Positions 44,399 to 57,900 of a stretch of DNA of 64,000 nucleotides are shown one piece after another (within the stretch, counting starts at the first letter, position 1; every line of letters starts with the position of its first letter). A model generated the notes under the pieces. The model ran no database searches, had not been told where the DNA came from, and saw only the letters and a list, made by a program, of their open reading frames with translations. The stretch is from a virus, in IMG/VR virus record IMGVR_UViG_3300035698_027961, positions 1 through 64,000 of that record. One strand, 5' to 3'. A program made the position numbers and the translations under genes.

Positions 44399-47300
44399 TT
44401 ATGGAAATTTAAGCTCACAGTCGAATGGCCCCTCTACTAGAGTTCCGGTAGCGGTGTTTCCAACTATGAAATAGCACTCATCTTCTGTTATTGGCTGCGT
44501 ATCAAAGCAGGTACCAATTCCCACTCTTGATAGCTCATTAATTGATATCTTGATGTCCTGATTCTTGAATCCTGACTTCTTGAGGTAAATTCCAAAGTTT
44601 AAAACAGTTCTATTTACTTCGGATAACGCATCGAATAATATATTCTTTGTATTTAGAGTTACAATGCCCGTAGAAGAATCAATATTCATTCCAACCTTGT
44701 AAACAACCCCAGTTGTCTCATCTAGATACTCTATAGTTAATAAGACGTTGGGCTCAAAAGTAAATTCAGAATCTGCGGTCTCATCAGGTTCGATTACAAG
44801 ACCCTTTATGAAGCCGGGAAGATGTCCGCTTCTTGATATTAGATAAGCGCTCATCGAAGTTATATCGATGTCGATTAATCCACCAACTGAAACTGCGCCA
44901 GGGGTAAATGACTTGATTAGCGATAAATCCTGCTCCAACGGAAGGTTAAATATTCTTCCGATGTTATCGGCATTTAGAATGCTGATTGGAATGATGTTAA
45001 ATATATCACTTATAACACCGCTAGTTTGAGATGTTAGGCTTAAATTTGCAGATAATATTGAAGTTCTTCTCGGAAGCTTATATGGAAGAGTTATAGTTGC
45101 CCTATCTGTCTCGTTGGTTAGGCTATCTCTTCCGACGGTCATAGAGGTGGTTGCAACCACTGACTGATAATCAGAATTAACAATAACTTCCATTAGGCTG
45201 GAGACGAATGATAGACCTGGCGTTGGAGAGTTTGATTGAGATACTTCATAACTAAATGAGGCAGTTCCGGTTCCTGGGTGCATATCGGGATTGGAACCGA
45301 TGCGAACAAACTGCCCAAATCTATCAATTGAAACTTCAGAAAGCTTGCCCGGTATAATATAATATGCTGAAACTACATCATTTATTCTTCTAAGTCTAAA
45401 GAGAACTTCGTCTCCGGTAAGATCTGGAGCATCTATTTCGTAATCAAAGTTGCTTATAATTACAGAAAGATTATTCCTTATAACTCCAGAGTAGAATAAT
45501 TTTGTGCCAAGGCTTCCTACGTTCTTCCATCCTAGCTTTAAGGTGGCGGTACTTCCATCCATATTTGTAATTATTACACTTCCAAATGCTTCAACTCTTC
45601 CATTAACTAGACTAGAAGAGTCCCAAACAACCCTAGAGGCTTTAAAATCTAATATAAAATCTCCGGAAAATGACTGAATGTCTACAGGGCCATCCAATCT
45701 TCCGAATCTATCACCCGAAGCCGAAGATGTTGCAAGATCTAATATTGCAGGCTCATTAAGACCAACTGCATTAGTTATAGTTGTTATTGCATTATCATTA
45801 AAAGGATTTAGGGCCCAAGATGAAAATGAGGTGTAAGAGAAGTCAATGAAGTTTTCAGAGATAGATTCAATTGCGCTAGCTGCAATTTGAGAATTTTGGA
45901 ATTCAGTATAGCCATCGGAATAGCCATCTACTGCGGCGTCTACAAATAAGCTACATATAGCTTTTGAAAACTTTATCCTTCCCTTGGATATGTCGGTATC
46001 AAAACCCACATCCTGGCAGCCAACGAGGGTTCCATCAGAGAACCTCATTGCATTAAAACCGGCGGCGGTCTGGCAAGAACCGTCTACCGACTTAATGAAT
46101 GTGTTATATAAGTCTACCGAACAATCTTCTATTGATCCTGGCGGAAGCGGTATTGTGATATTCACATACTCGAAATCTCCGTGGTGCGGAACTCCAGGTG
46201 CGGATAGTATATCGCCAGACGGAAGATATAGGTCTCCTGGTAGATATGATTGATTCTTATAAACTGGAGAACAATCTATTCCAGGAAGACATTCCGGCTC
46301 GACACATTCGCATGGCTCAGATGACTTCTCTTCAACAAAGCTAGTCTCGACCATTCTTCTTAGGTCACAGACATCTACGAATCTTTGATCAAAAGCTGAG
46401 TCAACGAAGTCTATTCTATATTCAAATGGTGAATAAGGTATTCTAATTAGATTTAAGTTATCTGCATATAAGTTCACTTGGCTTGAACTAGTGACTACAA
46501 CATTAAATCCAGATGAACCAATAAAGCTAACTGAATCTCCGTTGAGCGCAGTTACCGTTACAGAGACATTAGTTCCGCCAGGAGATACACTTCTTGAGGA
46601 TATAACATAATCTCCGGCATCCAATGATGGAGCAGGTATGGATATAATATCATCTATCTGAATTGCCAATGATTCTTTTAGATCTGATGTTACAAATGCT
46701 ATTTGAGAAGTTGCCGCAATAGAAGAGCCGGAGGACAGAGTATCCTCAAATATTATAGGATTATTATCTTCTTCAAATATATTCTCTAGATTTAGCCTTA
46801 TAGCTCTTATTTCTTTGGGTATTGAGAAGTTTACATATCCGTCAATTGCGTCCTCTAGAAGCTCTATGTCGGTACCATCGACAGTCCCGTCATTATTAAG
46901 ATCGGACTTAATGAAGTCTATAATCGATAGCTCTCCTCCGAAGATGGATGCCTGAGTTACCGTAGAGTTAATTGTATTTCCAACCAAATCCAAAAGCCTT
47001 GACAAATCGGATACAGTGAGTTTATCATCTGAATTTAAATCTCCAGCTTTAAAGTTAAAGCATTCGACGCTTGCTATTCTATAGAATGCGTTGCAGTTAC
47101 ATCCCGTATCTGGTATAATAATTCTATTGACCAGGTTTGAAGATAGCAATGATTGACCCGGATTTAAAATTAAAATCGAGCTAACTTCTGCAAGTCCTGG
47201 CTTGTCCATTGTGCCGGTTATTGGCTGCGCATCTCTGACATTCTTATCGGATACCTTGGCCAAGATAATCGGAGGATAATCTCTAGATAATACGGATAAT

Positions 47301-48934
47301 TCTTCTGCTGTTACTACCGAGAAATATGGGGCATCAACTATTCTGGTATATACAAAGTTGTTTGTTCTGGGGTGTGTTCCGGGGTCTGTAAACTTTTGAA
47401 CCTGATTCATAACTAGATAGTTAGTGGAACCTTCAGATACATTTCTAAGTGGTATATTTCTTCTATATAGTGGCGCTCTAGTTTCTCCTATAAATGTTTC
47501 AGTTTTTTCTAATGTTACGGCTACGCCGTTTGATGTATACGCAGTTCCATTAGTAACCTCAAGATCGTCAGAATAAACTATATGCCATAGTGAAGAATTG
47601 GAATCATTAACGAATCTCTTAGTGGCCGGATCATACTGAAAGAATTTTGACTCTTGCTTTAGGAATCTTTCAGTGACAGTTAGCGGTACGCCATCTTCTG
47701 ACTTTTTAAATACCTTGTCAAATCCTAGGTCTATAACGATTGTTCCGGTTCTATTGTCTCCCCTTCTGCTGACAGAAAATGCATAGAATCTTCCGGGAAC
47801 TAATGAAGGCTCTATGTTTGGGTTAGCAAGAAGTGTCCCTGCGAAATTAAAGCTAACAACTTGTGATGTCTCGTTTAGCTTGAATCCAAGAATTTCCAAA
47901 TCGTTTTGTCCGACAGATACTTCTGCCAATGGAGTTATTTCTGGATCGAAGTCTATCATATCATTGGGTACAAAATTTGTAGAACAGTTGATTTCAGTCT
48001 GAAGCTCATAAACTGATAAGACAAGATCTCCTGAGAAATCTAGCTGCTGATCTAGTGGTAAAGACAGGTCTCTCTCAACTGCCATTAGAATGTCTATGCG
48101 CTGAAGGTTATTAGACTTTGATAAAAACTTTTGTCCGTAAGAAATAGATGACGCCCCACCTTTTTCAAATTTTATTTTTGACTTACCTTCTGTCTCAAGA
48201 TACAAGTCTCCTATAGAGTCTGATGCGCCTAGCGCTAACTCAATCTCATCTCTAATCGTTCTAAGAGGGCTTGAGGTTACGAAGTTAATTAAATCTAAAT
48301 TGGGGGACTCATCCTGGTATGTATTTCTGGAGTATGAAAAAGCCTTTAGAGGTTCGGCTTCCGTGATAACAATCTTTCCGCCATCGGATATTAAATTGAG
48401 ATTATCTGCAGAAGATAAGGTCTCGGTTCTTCCGGATCCGCCAGAAAAATTATTGGTAAATATACCAATGACTCTTTGGTAGTAATACTTGGATAGTTTA
48501 GTTTTATTATCTAAGAATTCCATAAACTCTATAACTAATTCGGAATTAGAAGAATCACCACTGTAAGCTTTTCCAAGTATCATAATTTTAGGATGCCTTC
48601 TTCCCAAAATACTAACATTGGATGTCGTGACTTCAATTCTATTTCCAAACTCGGGGTCTGATGGCTGAACATCAGCTCTGATTACCTTGCCATCATAATT
48701 TCCGCTATTTATATCAAAAATAGAAGGGTTTGAAGATAATGGAGAGCTTGTATCTAGCAGAACTCTCATTGATAGTGGATTATCTTTTACGACACCACTT
48801 CCATGAAAATCTATAGCTAAGTTAGAAACTATAGAATTATTATGTATTTGCTCTGTATCTAGGTCCGACTCAGTAACCCTCTGGCCATCATAAATATTAA
48901 CTTTCTTAGTTACAAGTCGTTGTTTTTTAAGCAT
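44399..48934 (-). CDS. Large virion (baseplate/tail-associated) protein with a dockerin-like EF-hand pair
   Basis: 1511 aa. N-terminal YDGQRV.ESDL..EQ. GDLNSDDKLTVSDL...SDLNNDGTVDGTDI. Follows the baseplate genes. Confidence 0.7.
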   Translation of the reverse strand: MLKKQRLVTKKVNIYDGQRVTESDLDTEQIHNNSIVSNLAIDFHGSGVVKDNPLSMRVLLDTSSPLSSNPSIFDINSGNYDGKVIRADVQPSDPEFGNRIEVTTSNVSILGRRHPKIMILGKAYSGDSSNSELVIEFMEFLDNKTKLSKYYYQRVIGIFTNNFSGGSGRTETLSSADNLNLISDGGKIVITEAEPLKAFSYSRNTYQDESPNLDLINFVTSSPLRTIRDEIELALGASDSIGDLYLETEGKSKIKFEKGGASSISYGQKFLSKSNNLQRIDILMAVERDLSLPLDQQLDFSGDLVLSVYELQTEINCSTNFVPNDMIDFDPEITPLAEVSVGQNDLEILGFKLNETSQVVSFNFAGTLLANPNIEPSLVPGRFYAFSVSRRGDNRTGTIVIDLGFDKVFKKSEDGVPLTVTERFLKQESKFFQYDPATKRFVNDSNSSLWHIVYSDDLEVTNGTAYTSNGVAVTLEKTETFIGETRAPLYRRNIPLRNVSEGSTNYLVMNQVQKFTDPGTHPRTNNFVYTRIVDAPYFSVVTAEELSVLSRDYPPIILAKVSDKNVRDAQPITGTMDKPGLAEVSSILILNPGQSLLSSNLVNRIIIPDTGCNCNAFYRIASVECFNFKAGDLNSDDKLTVSDLSRLLDLVGNTINSTVTQASIFGGELSIIDFIKSDLNNDGTVDGTDIELLEDAIDGYVNFSIPKEIRAIRLNLENIFEEDNNPIIFEDTLSSGSSIAATSQIAFVTSDLKESLAIQIDDIISIPAPSLDAGDYVISSRSVSPGGTNVSVTVTALNGDSVSFIGSSGFNVVVTSSSQVNLYADNLNLIRIPYSPFEYRIDFVDSAFDQRFVDVCDLRRMVETSFVEEKSSEPCECVEPECLPGIDCSPVYKNQSYLPGDLYLPSGDILSAPGVPHHGDFEYVNITIPLPPGSIEDCSVDLYNTFIKSVDGSCQTAAGFNAMRFSDGTLVGCQDVGFDTDISKGRIKFSKAICSLFVDAAVDGYSDGYTEFQNSQIAASAIESISENFIDFSYTSFSSWALNPFNDNAITTITNAVGLNEPAILDLATSSASGDRFGRLDGPVDIQSFSGDFILDFKASRVVWDSSSLVNGRVEAFGSVIITNMDGSTATLKLGWKNVGSLGTKLFYSGVIRNNLSVIISNFDYEIDAPDLTGDEVLFRLRRINDVVSAYYIIPGKLSEVSIDRFGQFVRIGSNPDMHPGTGTASFSYEVSQSNSPTPGLSFVSSLMEVIVNSDYQSVVATTSMTVGRDSLTNETDRATITLPYKLPRRTSILSANLSLTSQTSGVISDIFNIIPISILNADNIGRIFNLPLEQDLSLIKSFTPGAVSVGGLIDIDITSMSAYLISRSGHLPGFIKGLVIEPDETADSEFTFEPNVLLTIEYLDETTGVVYKVGMNIDSSTGIVTLNTKNILFDALSEVNRTVLNFGIYLKKSGFKNQDIKISINELSRVGIGTCFDTQPITEDECYFIVGNTATGTLVEGPFDCELKFP

Positions 48935-48957
48935 TTAAAGCTCCGTACTTTTCTTTT

Positions 48958-48968
48958 AAAATTAATAG
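48958..48968 (-). promoter_or_regulatory. Putative late-promoter motif CTATTAATTTT
   Basis: Similar to the motifs at 1655 and 62521. Confidence 0.35.
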
Positions 48969-48985
48969 ACGATATGCCTGATGCT

Positions 48986-51900
48986 TTAGCACTTTGGCTT
49001 TTTAAATCTAACTAAGGCATTGGTATGTGCAGGCTTAAGTCTATTAACTAAGTCTACAATCAAATCTTCAATAGCGCCATCATCTACTCCAATTACTCTG
49101 TCAAAATTATCGTAAACTTCTACATCAAAGTTATATATACCGCTAACTGGGTCAATAACGGTAGCAAAGTTATCTACAACATTTAGGCTTGCATCAAAAT
49201 CAAGAATAAATGTGGTGGCGTCGTCAAGTATGACTGGAACTGCAGAGCTAAGATTCGAAGAGTATCCGAGATCAACATAATCACCATTTGACGCCCTGAA
49301 CACATCCCTAATTACTCTGCTAAATCTTAAGTTATCTATTCTAGATCTGCAGTTATTATACCCCATCGTATCAGAGCCTATGGCGATTAATTTCAAATCA
49401 TTGCTAAGTGGGATATTGAACTTTCTGGTTCTAATCTGGCCTGGCCTGGATATATACTGGCCATATACAAATCCTGTACCATAAACGATTCCAGTTCCGT
49501 ACTTAATAAATCCACCCTCTTGGCCGTCAACAAACATTCTCATCGAGTCATTATCGGTTCCGGTTCTGTAAGTACACATTATTCTGTGCCATGTATTCTT
49601 TTTCCAGTCTACATCAACTGAAATAACATTATCTATGCCACCAGCAGTTATTGAAAAGACAATATTATTATCTTCAGTTTTAAATATCGAAACCCTATCT
49701 TTGCTGGAGCCTAGCGGTATGTAGGTTACAATAACATCTACATTATTTTTGGGTAGAGATTCCGCCAACTTAATGACCTTTCCATCAGCAGAAAGAACAC
49801 TATGGGAGCCGAAGTTTTTCAGACTTCCGGTTCCGCCCTCAAGCCTTCCTGATAGTTTACTTCTTGATATTTCATCAAATAATATAGTTCCTCTTTCAAC
49901 CTCTGAATAAAATTCTCTATACTCTGAGGATGAGCTAACTAGAGTGACACTTATAATTTCAGAGGCTGCGTTTGGAAGGACGATGGTATTAGAGTCTCTA
50001 GATATAACTCTCTCTCTTGATGCGGAAGATATATCAACATAATACCTTCTCTCACGATCCACAAATGTATCAACTGTTGGGCTGATCCACAATTCTATGG
50101 TTCCCTGTGGGCTTCTGAACTTTCCGTCATTATTAAGATATACTAAGCCACGACCAGTAGAAAAGTTTCCAGATAGTCCAAATTTAGAGTTAACACTCTT
50201 ATCACTTCTTGGAAATTCATTAACGTTCTGATAAAAGTTAGCTGTATTGAATATAGGTCCTCCATCAGCCATATGAGTCTCGACATAAGCCCTATTAGAG
50301 TCATCCGGAGAGTATCCGAAGTTCATCATGGCTCTGAAAAACTCTTCATAGTTATTAACAAGCGGCAGCAGCGTATCCTTCTCCCTTCTGTTAAGGCCGA
50401 AAGATTCGTTTAGCTGCGTGTCTAGAAATCTTAGCCTTCTGAGTCTTCTTGACTGTAAATCGAAAGGACTATCAAATGGTATTAGGGCTAAGGTTTTACT
50501 GTCTGCGCAATATGGTGTGGACAAGTTAAAATCATCAGTTACGCTTCTAGTTCCCGATGTTTCTAGCTCAGCAACTCTGGTGTCAGATGACATTTCTGAT
50601 ATAATTCTGAATTGGTCAATAATTCCGCCGAAATTATTCATCCTTTTGTAATCCGACCCTATCTGAATCTTATCGCCAAGGCTATTGAGAGTTATATTTA
50701 AATAAGATGGGTACTCCACAGTGTAATATCCTGGTGGAATTTCAAATGGACTCTCAGAGTCAGAACCGGATACCGATAGAATAAAGTGACCGTTCTTATA
50801 ATCATAGACTTCAGCACTTTCTCCTCCGTTATTGGGAGTGCTAATTGGGTCAGTCTCTATAATCTTAATCATTCCCGATTCTGAGTAATCGTTATCAATA
50901 GTTAGCAATGACCCATATACTTCATCAACCCTTATGAAGAACTTAGAGCCATCAATTTGGCCATTCTTGGATATCAGAAAGGTTTCAAAATTTGAACCAT
51001 CGGTAGTCTCACCGGTTATGGTTATTGTACTGGAGGCTTCGGTGTATCCGTCATATCCATCAAAGTCGCAGAAGTCTACGTTATCAGAGTCAAAGACTAC
51101 CGATAGTTTTCTTCCGAGGTTCTGTTTTATTAGTTGACCAGATTCTGAAGTTAGCTTGTTATATCCAAGCTCTGATTCGAGTGGAAAGTTAAAATCTATC
51201 AGGTATCGATCTCCAGAAATAATTGGCTCGGATGATTCTATAATTGTGTTCTCCATAACGATTCTTCTTATGGAGACATCTTTTAATGATATCGGCTCCT
51301 TACCTCTAGTTCTGATCACACTCATTTCATTAAATATATCAGATTTCTGAGATACGTATGATGATGTAGTTAATCCTAATGTAAATTTGCAATTTTCAAT
51401 ATTAAGACCGAATGTCTTTATGCTAACTTCTGCATCCGACAGAAGTACGGTTTGAAAATAATTGCAGTCTTCATCTCTTCCGATAAATTCTATAACCCTT
51501 GTATCAATATTGTACCTGAACTTTGGATTAGTAGCATTAAATCCTGATACGACGCTGTACTCTCCATCGACAACCTGATAGCCTACTCCGGCCATCTCCT
51601 CCTTGGCTCCATCCTGAGCTTTCCTGAATATTGCAAACTTGACATTCCTCAAATCAGTCAAAATCTTATTGCTTAGTCCGGCAGTAGGTGGTAATTCAAA
51701 TTCTATATCACTTGTAGATACCTGGAATGTAATTAGACTAAGGTTATCTCCAGAACCAAAGGTAACCTGGTTAGAATCGATAACACTTCTTATTATATAT
51801 TCCTGTCCTATTAGGGAGCCTGCAATAGTTGAGTTTTTAATTATAACAGAGCGGCCAATCATATCCTGGCTGAATATCGGCTGTGGTGACTGAAAGATAG

Positions 51901-54900
51901 AGCTTCCTGCGGAAACAACGCCCATAGTGTAGCTTTTGCAAAAGTCTATATTGTTGGTAAAAAAGTCGTAAAGAACCTCTCTTGATACATCTCTAAATTT
52001 ATCATTAAGCTTAACGGGTACTTTGCCACCGAACTTAAAGATATTGGGTGCCTCTTGGCCATCGATGAATAGATGCATCTCATCCTTCTCATCGACACTA
52101 TTAAACTTCCAGCTGGCCGCAATATGATGTACCTCTCCCGCTACAAAATTCTTAATATTGGTCGCTAAGTTGTATACCGACATATCCTTACCATTGGAGC
52201 GTGATGCATCAACTATTCTAAAATTCAAGAAACCTTTTCCATCCTTAAAGATAGAGAATCTTTGCTCATCATTATTCTTGGAGTCAACCAGGTACCTTAT
52301 CTTATCTGAACATAGAAGCATCTCATCGATACCCATATCTAAGCTATATCCATCGTAGGCATCATAAGCGTCGTAAGCGTCCAGATATCCATCAAGACCG
52401 TCGATATTAAACTCAAATTCAACCTTAGAGTCTGTAGAAATTATAACATCCGAAGACTCTAGCTTTGAGTTAGAAAACTCTTCGTAAAAATCTCCGTAGA
52501 TCAGGTCTATATCTATAATATTGCCCGAGTTAAAAAGGTAGAATTCTGAAGGGTCTACTGTTTCGCTATCTAGCAGCGTAACTCCAACCATTGGGTTGCT
52601 GCTAGGAACTACGAAGTCAGAAATCATAAACTCAAAAGCGATAAGCTGATCGACATAAATACTCACTCTATTATCTTCAGTATTGCAAACCATTCTATAC
52701 TCATGAAAACCTGAATCATTCCAATTATACGGTACGGTTCCAAGTATCTCATTTATTTCGGAATCAATTAAGCATATCAGATGGCTTCCTCCACTATCGA
52801 ATGCTAATTGAAGTTTAGCATTAATAACTTTATTTGAAATTACGATGGGGGATATTCCGGTTAGATTTCCCGAGTAAATGCCTGTAAATGAACCAGAAGA
52901 CATGCCGATGATATTATCACCAACATCTATAACCCTCATTGATATTGTATAATCAAAGTTATCGGAAGATATTATGTCGGCAACTAATCTTGATTGTCCG
53001 CCTAGGCACTCAAGACCTTCGGTTGATGGGCCGGCTCTATATATACCATCCTGAGTTGATGTATCAAAATCTCCATCCTTATTCCATGACTCAACGCTCG
53101 TATATCTTCCGCCAACAATTACATTTATAAGTTCTGATTCAGAATCTTCTATTTTTGACCAGCCGCCTTCCTCAAGTAATCCATTACCGCAGAACTTAAA
53201 CTTAGCTCTTTTGGAGCTATCAGGCGAGCAAAGATCGGAATCTTCTCTAGACCTAACGACTGATGAAAATTCTCCGTCTGTTGTTATGACTCCGGAAAAT
53301 TTATGATAAGAAGGTACCGTCTCGTAAAGGATATTGTAATTATCTTGAGATATTTCAACATCAAACGGTGTAATAGCAGACTTATTAGACTTAGTTTTAA
53401 AAACCCACTGTCCTGCTTGGCGCTCTGAATTAATTGAGCAAAGATCGTCAAACCAGACAAATATGCCTTCGCTATCAAATAGGTTGTTTGGCTGGCCAAT
53501 AACTTCTACACTTGAGTCATTTTTGCTTATCGAGAATGTAGAGCTGTCAGGATTGAATGACTCCGGACCTATGTATACATCCTTATTAGAAAATCTATTA
53601 GTCACAGTTCCGTAAAATTGAGATAAGTTGATATCGGATATATAGTTGCCATCAAGATTGCCAACTATAAATCCTGACAGGCTTTCTGAATCTATGTCTA
53701 GATCGATTTGAAAGTTGCACAAGTAAAATAGGTCAGTATAGAATAGCTTGCCACTATACTTATTTATACTGAAATAGACTTGATTGGTTTTAATATTCTT
53801 TTGAATATAAAGTTCGGTATCATGTCCCCAGTTAACTAGGTGGAACTTCTTAAACCCAAAAAATTGGCTTGACTTTGAATGATCAAACTTAGTTAATACC
53901 TCGACGTTCTTAAACATCATTCTTAGGTATCCCAAAGGCATACTGCTATTTATTTCTTCTGAATTTAAATTTCTAAGAGCCTGATTATTTTCGGCAAACT
54001 TTTTAACTAAAACTCCCGTAAATAAATCTGGTATCGAATCAGTAATCAAATCCGTGTTATTATAAAATCCAATAACTTGGTATAGTGATCCATTCTGATC
54101 TGATATCATAAAGATACTTGGCGAGTTGTCAATAATGTTGACTGCTGATTTAAAATCAGATAAGTCGAACCCGGAGACCATATCTATTCTGATAGATAAA
54201 TCATTAAATCCCGAAAGATTATCTACCGATGAAACAACTTCGCACTTGCAGCTTCTTAGAGAGTAAGGGCCGGAAAAATTATCTATTTCATCTCCACTTA
54301 TCTGGTCTACCTGAAGGTCAAAGTTTGGCACCTCGGTCAAGTTAAGGTTAAACCCGCCGACCTTATAGGTGTCCGCAAATAATACGGAGCCTGAACTATA
54401 TCTAGTTACAGGATTAAACAGCTGGAATGGCCATGGGCCATCTACAATGTTTGATGGGCCATGAATACCTACCGTGAAGAATACTTCGTCTGGAGTCTCA
54501 TCCTCACATAATACGGACTTATAATTCTCATAGTATTCAATTCTTCTCAGGTCATTAATCTGGGCGCCAAAAGACTCAGACTTCAAGATGGCCCTAAAGC
54601 TCATGTCCTGATTTCTGCCAAGATTGCCCTTTTCTTTGTATAGTGCGAATATTCCAGAGTCAAGACCGCCATCCTGTGTTGAGTCAGACTTATAATTTGA
54701 TATTCTAATTCCAACCCCAGTTGCGTCGGTAGACCCAACGGTAATCGGAGAAGGAAGTAATGACCAGTTGTTGTTAAAATCAAAAGGATCAGAATTTTGA
54801 ATTAAGTTGTCTTTATCTATGCCTATTTTGTCAATTTGAAAAGTGAGCTCTGCATCGTTACTTATTCCTGACCACTCCGGCCTAATCCACATATCTATAG

Positions 54901-57900
54901 TCCCCTGGTCTAGAGATATTGAAGAGACCGATGGAATCTCAACAGAAGTTTCACTATTAAAAATTAGTCCTTCGTCATGCCTTCCCTCTCCGAATGTTAA
55001 GTTTCCAAAAGACTTTGGCTTTCCGGTAGTTAGGTAGTCGCGACCAAGTATCCAGTTTCCAAAAACAAGTTCGTCTATCTCGGGTTCTATCTTGGTAAAT
55101 GATTTTACTAACTCTTTAATGGCCGGAACCGTTGGACCCTTTGGAAATGTCTGAAGTACTCCAGATATGGCACTTCTATATAGCTCACGATCCGTTGAGA
55201 CACCGAAGTTTCTAAAAAATGGAATATTTGTTAATGTTCCAAAGTTTGTGAGAAGCGCATCTCTTAGTGCCCCGTATCTGTAAGATACGTAATAGTTATC
55301 GCCTTCGGAGATTGCACCGCTAATACTCCAATCAATTTCATTATCACCGTACTCATACCAGACAACAATTTCATCCGCTAGATACGAGTAGCTAGCGAAG
55401 ATAAATCCATCCTTGTAGTCAATTGCAAGTTTGGTACCAATCTGTGGTATAAAGCTATTTAGGTATACTATCTCGATTGTATCACCGGCATCAACATTGG
55501 AGTCTCCGGGGATAATTATTGATATTCCGCTGGGAGTTATAGTTGCCGTTGGCTTGACTACGATATCAATTAGTCCAACTTCTGGCTCAAGTACGGTGAC
55601 ATTATTTATCGCCGGAGTTATAACTTCAATAGTGGATAATATAGGATTAGAGTTAGATATCTCAAATACATTACCAAGTGAGTCTCTGACAAAGTCGCTT
55701 CCATCGGTATCGACCAGAGAGTAATCCAGCGTTCCCGAGGCAATAGATATGGTTGCCGTACCTAGTGACTGTATCACGAATACCGACTCTACTTCGGAAA
55801 CTTTTACTAAATTCAACCTATCGTCAAATAATGTCTCACCTGTTTCGGTAGATATTGCCCCCACAAATTGTGTAGCGCTAGAGTCATAAATCTCAATTGA
55901 TAAGTTTGGTCCAGAAACCGAAGTTCTTTTGGCCCTTCTTTTCTTTAGATCTATTATGTTATTTTGAAAAGATATAGAGCTGGGGTCATAGATATTTTTA
56001 CCACCATTCTTTGCGGTGACTGATAGAGAAAGATCTGATGACTCGGGATTTCTATTTGATTCCGAGCTAGAATTTAAATCAGAGCCAAGCAAGTCCTGAA
56101 TCTGATATATTCCAGATATTGACAGAATCTTGCTCGGAAGAGCTATTGTATAGTTCTCAAGAACTTCGCATGTTGGAGTGATAATTCCATCAATAGATAC
56201 GAGAATATCATCTGATGCGAATATAAGGCTCTCATCTAAGTCTTGAATCGTGATTGAGTTTGAGCTAGTACTAACTAAATTATATGTTAAAACTGTATCC
56301 TCAGGCCTGTCGGTTGCTTTTATCTTCTTGTAAACACCCGAAGAAGTTATGATATTTTTAAATCTAGTATTTAAATCTCCATAGCTATAACTGGCGTTTC
56401 CGAGTTCTGTATTCTGAAGCTTAGAAACCGAAGCATAAACAACTCCGTTAGGATAGTCCACAGCGTAATCACCAACTATTCTTAGTCTAGATAAGTTTTT
56501 ATAAAATTCCGTACCTTTGTTATCAAGAAGAGCTCTAGATATTCTACTTTCATCTGTGCTTACAAATCCTTGAAAGCTTGTTGGTCTAAAGTACTTCTCT
56601 CTTTGAAATAGAGATGTGTTCACAAATGATATTGACTTATTAGATAAGTTTCCGATACCATCTAGAGTCTTATTTAATACCTGCTGGTTATCTAGCTTAA
56701 TAACCATGCCCTTAGTACCTATAGTCACTCTAGAGTTTACCGATGGTATCTCTGAGTTCGCAAATATAGCTGCAGATGTAATTATATTATTTGAGTCCGG
56801 AGTTCCAAAGAATCTGATATTGCTATCTTCAACGAAAACATCCTCGCCAATAACCTGCTCCCTAAAAAAGTAGTCTTGTGAGTTCTGGTCTATAATCTCC
56901 GCTGGAATTCCTGGAGAGAATATAATGCTGTTAATAGAGGCATTCGAAATAATCCTAGTTTCAAAGCAAGGTATTATGAATTCTCCTATAACTTTTAGCC
57001 TCTCCTCTTCGGATCTAGAAAAATTAGCTTCCTCGAAGTCTATATTCTTTACCTCCGGAGAGCGATCTCCTGAGAAAGCTATCTCTGTCTTTGTGTGAAA
57101 TAGCGGCTGATAAACCTCTCCAGTTGTTTGGTTTAATATTCTAAATACATCAGTTATGGGAGAGTTGATAGTTGATAGTCTAAAAGACTGCGATAGCCTA
57201 TTCTCAACAAGCTCCGGCATAACTTCTATATGATTCTTTGCCAAGTAGTCAACACCTTCGGCAAAAACTTCATCATACTCTATAACAATCTTAGCTTCGC
57301 TGCCTAACAGATCTCTACCTGGAGCCGGAACTATATCCTGATTATAAATTGTATAGTCTAAATTTTCAATAAACTCCCTTCTGTGAAAGTAGGAGGCAAC
57401 AAAACTTTGTCTATCAGTTCCTTTTGCCGGCTCTGAAGATCCAAATAGAAATACTTCACCAGTCTGATAGTTAACTGAAAACTGACCTGGTTTTGAAGGA
57501 AGACTATTGGCATTAAAGACCAATTCAAACTTAAATTCGTTGGGTATTAGGCTCTCATCATTTGAATATCTAATCTTTACGCCGTTAAGCTTTGGAACTG
57601 AATTGTCAGAGTTAACTATAGGAGCATTTTTCAAGAAGAAATTAGTCGTATTAGTCGGAACTGATTCTCTTGTAACCATATCCACCCTGCTTACGCTAAC
57701 CCTATCCTCAAGAATAAATCTTCCGGAGTTTTTATATAGATACGAAACTACTAGGGTATCTTCAACTGATGGCCTCGGCAGATTTCCAAATTCAGATAGT
57801 AGAAATTGATTATTATCAAGACTCTGAAATTCAAAAGCAAAATCCTGATCGTAAAAGTTGCTCTTTAAAGAGTACTTAAACTTTTCGATGTTATATTCTA

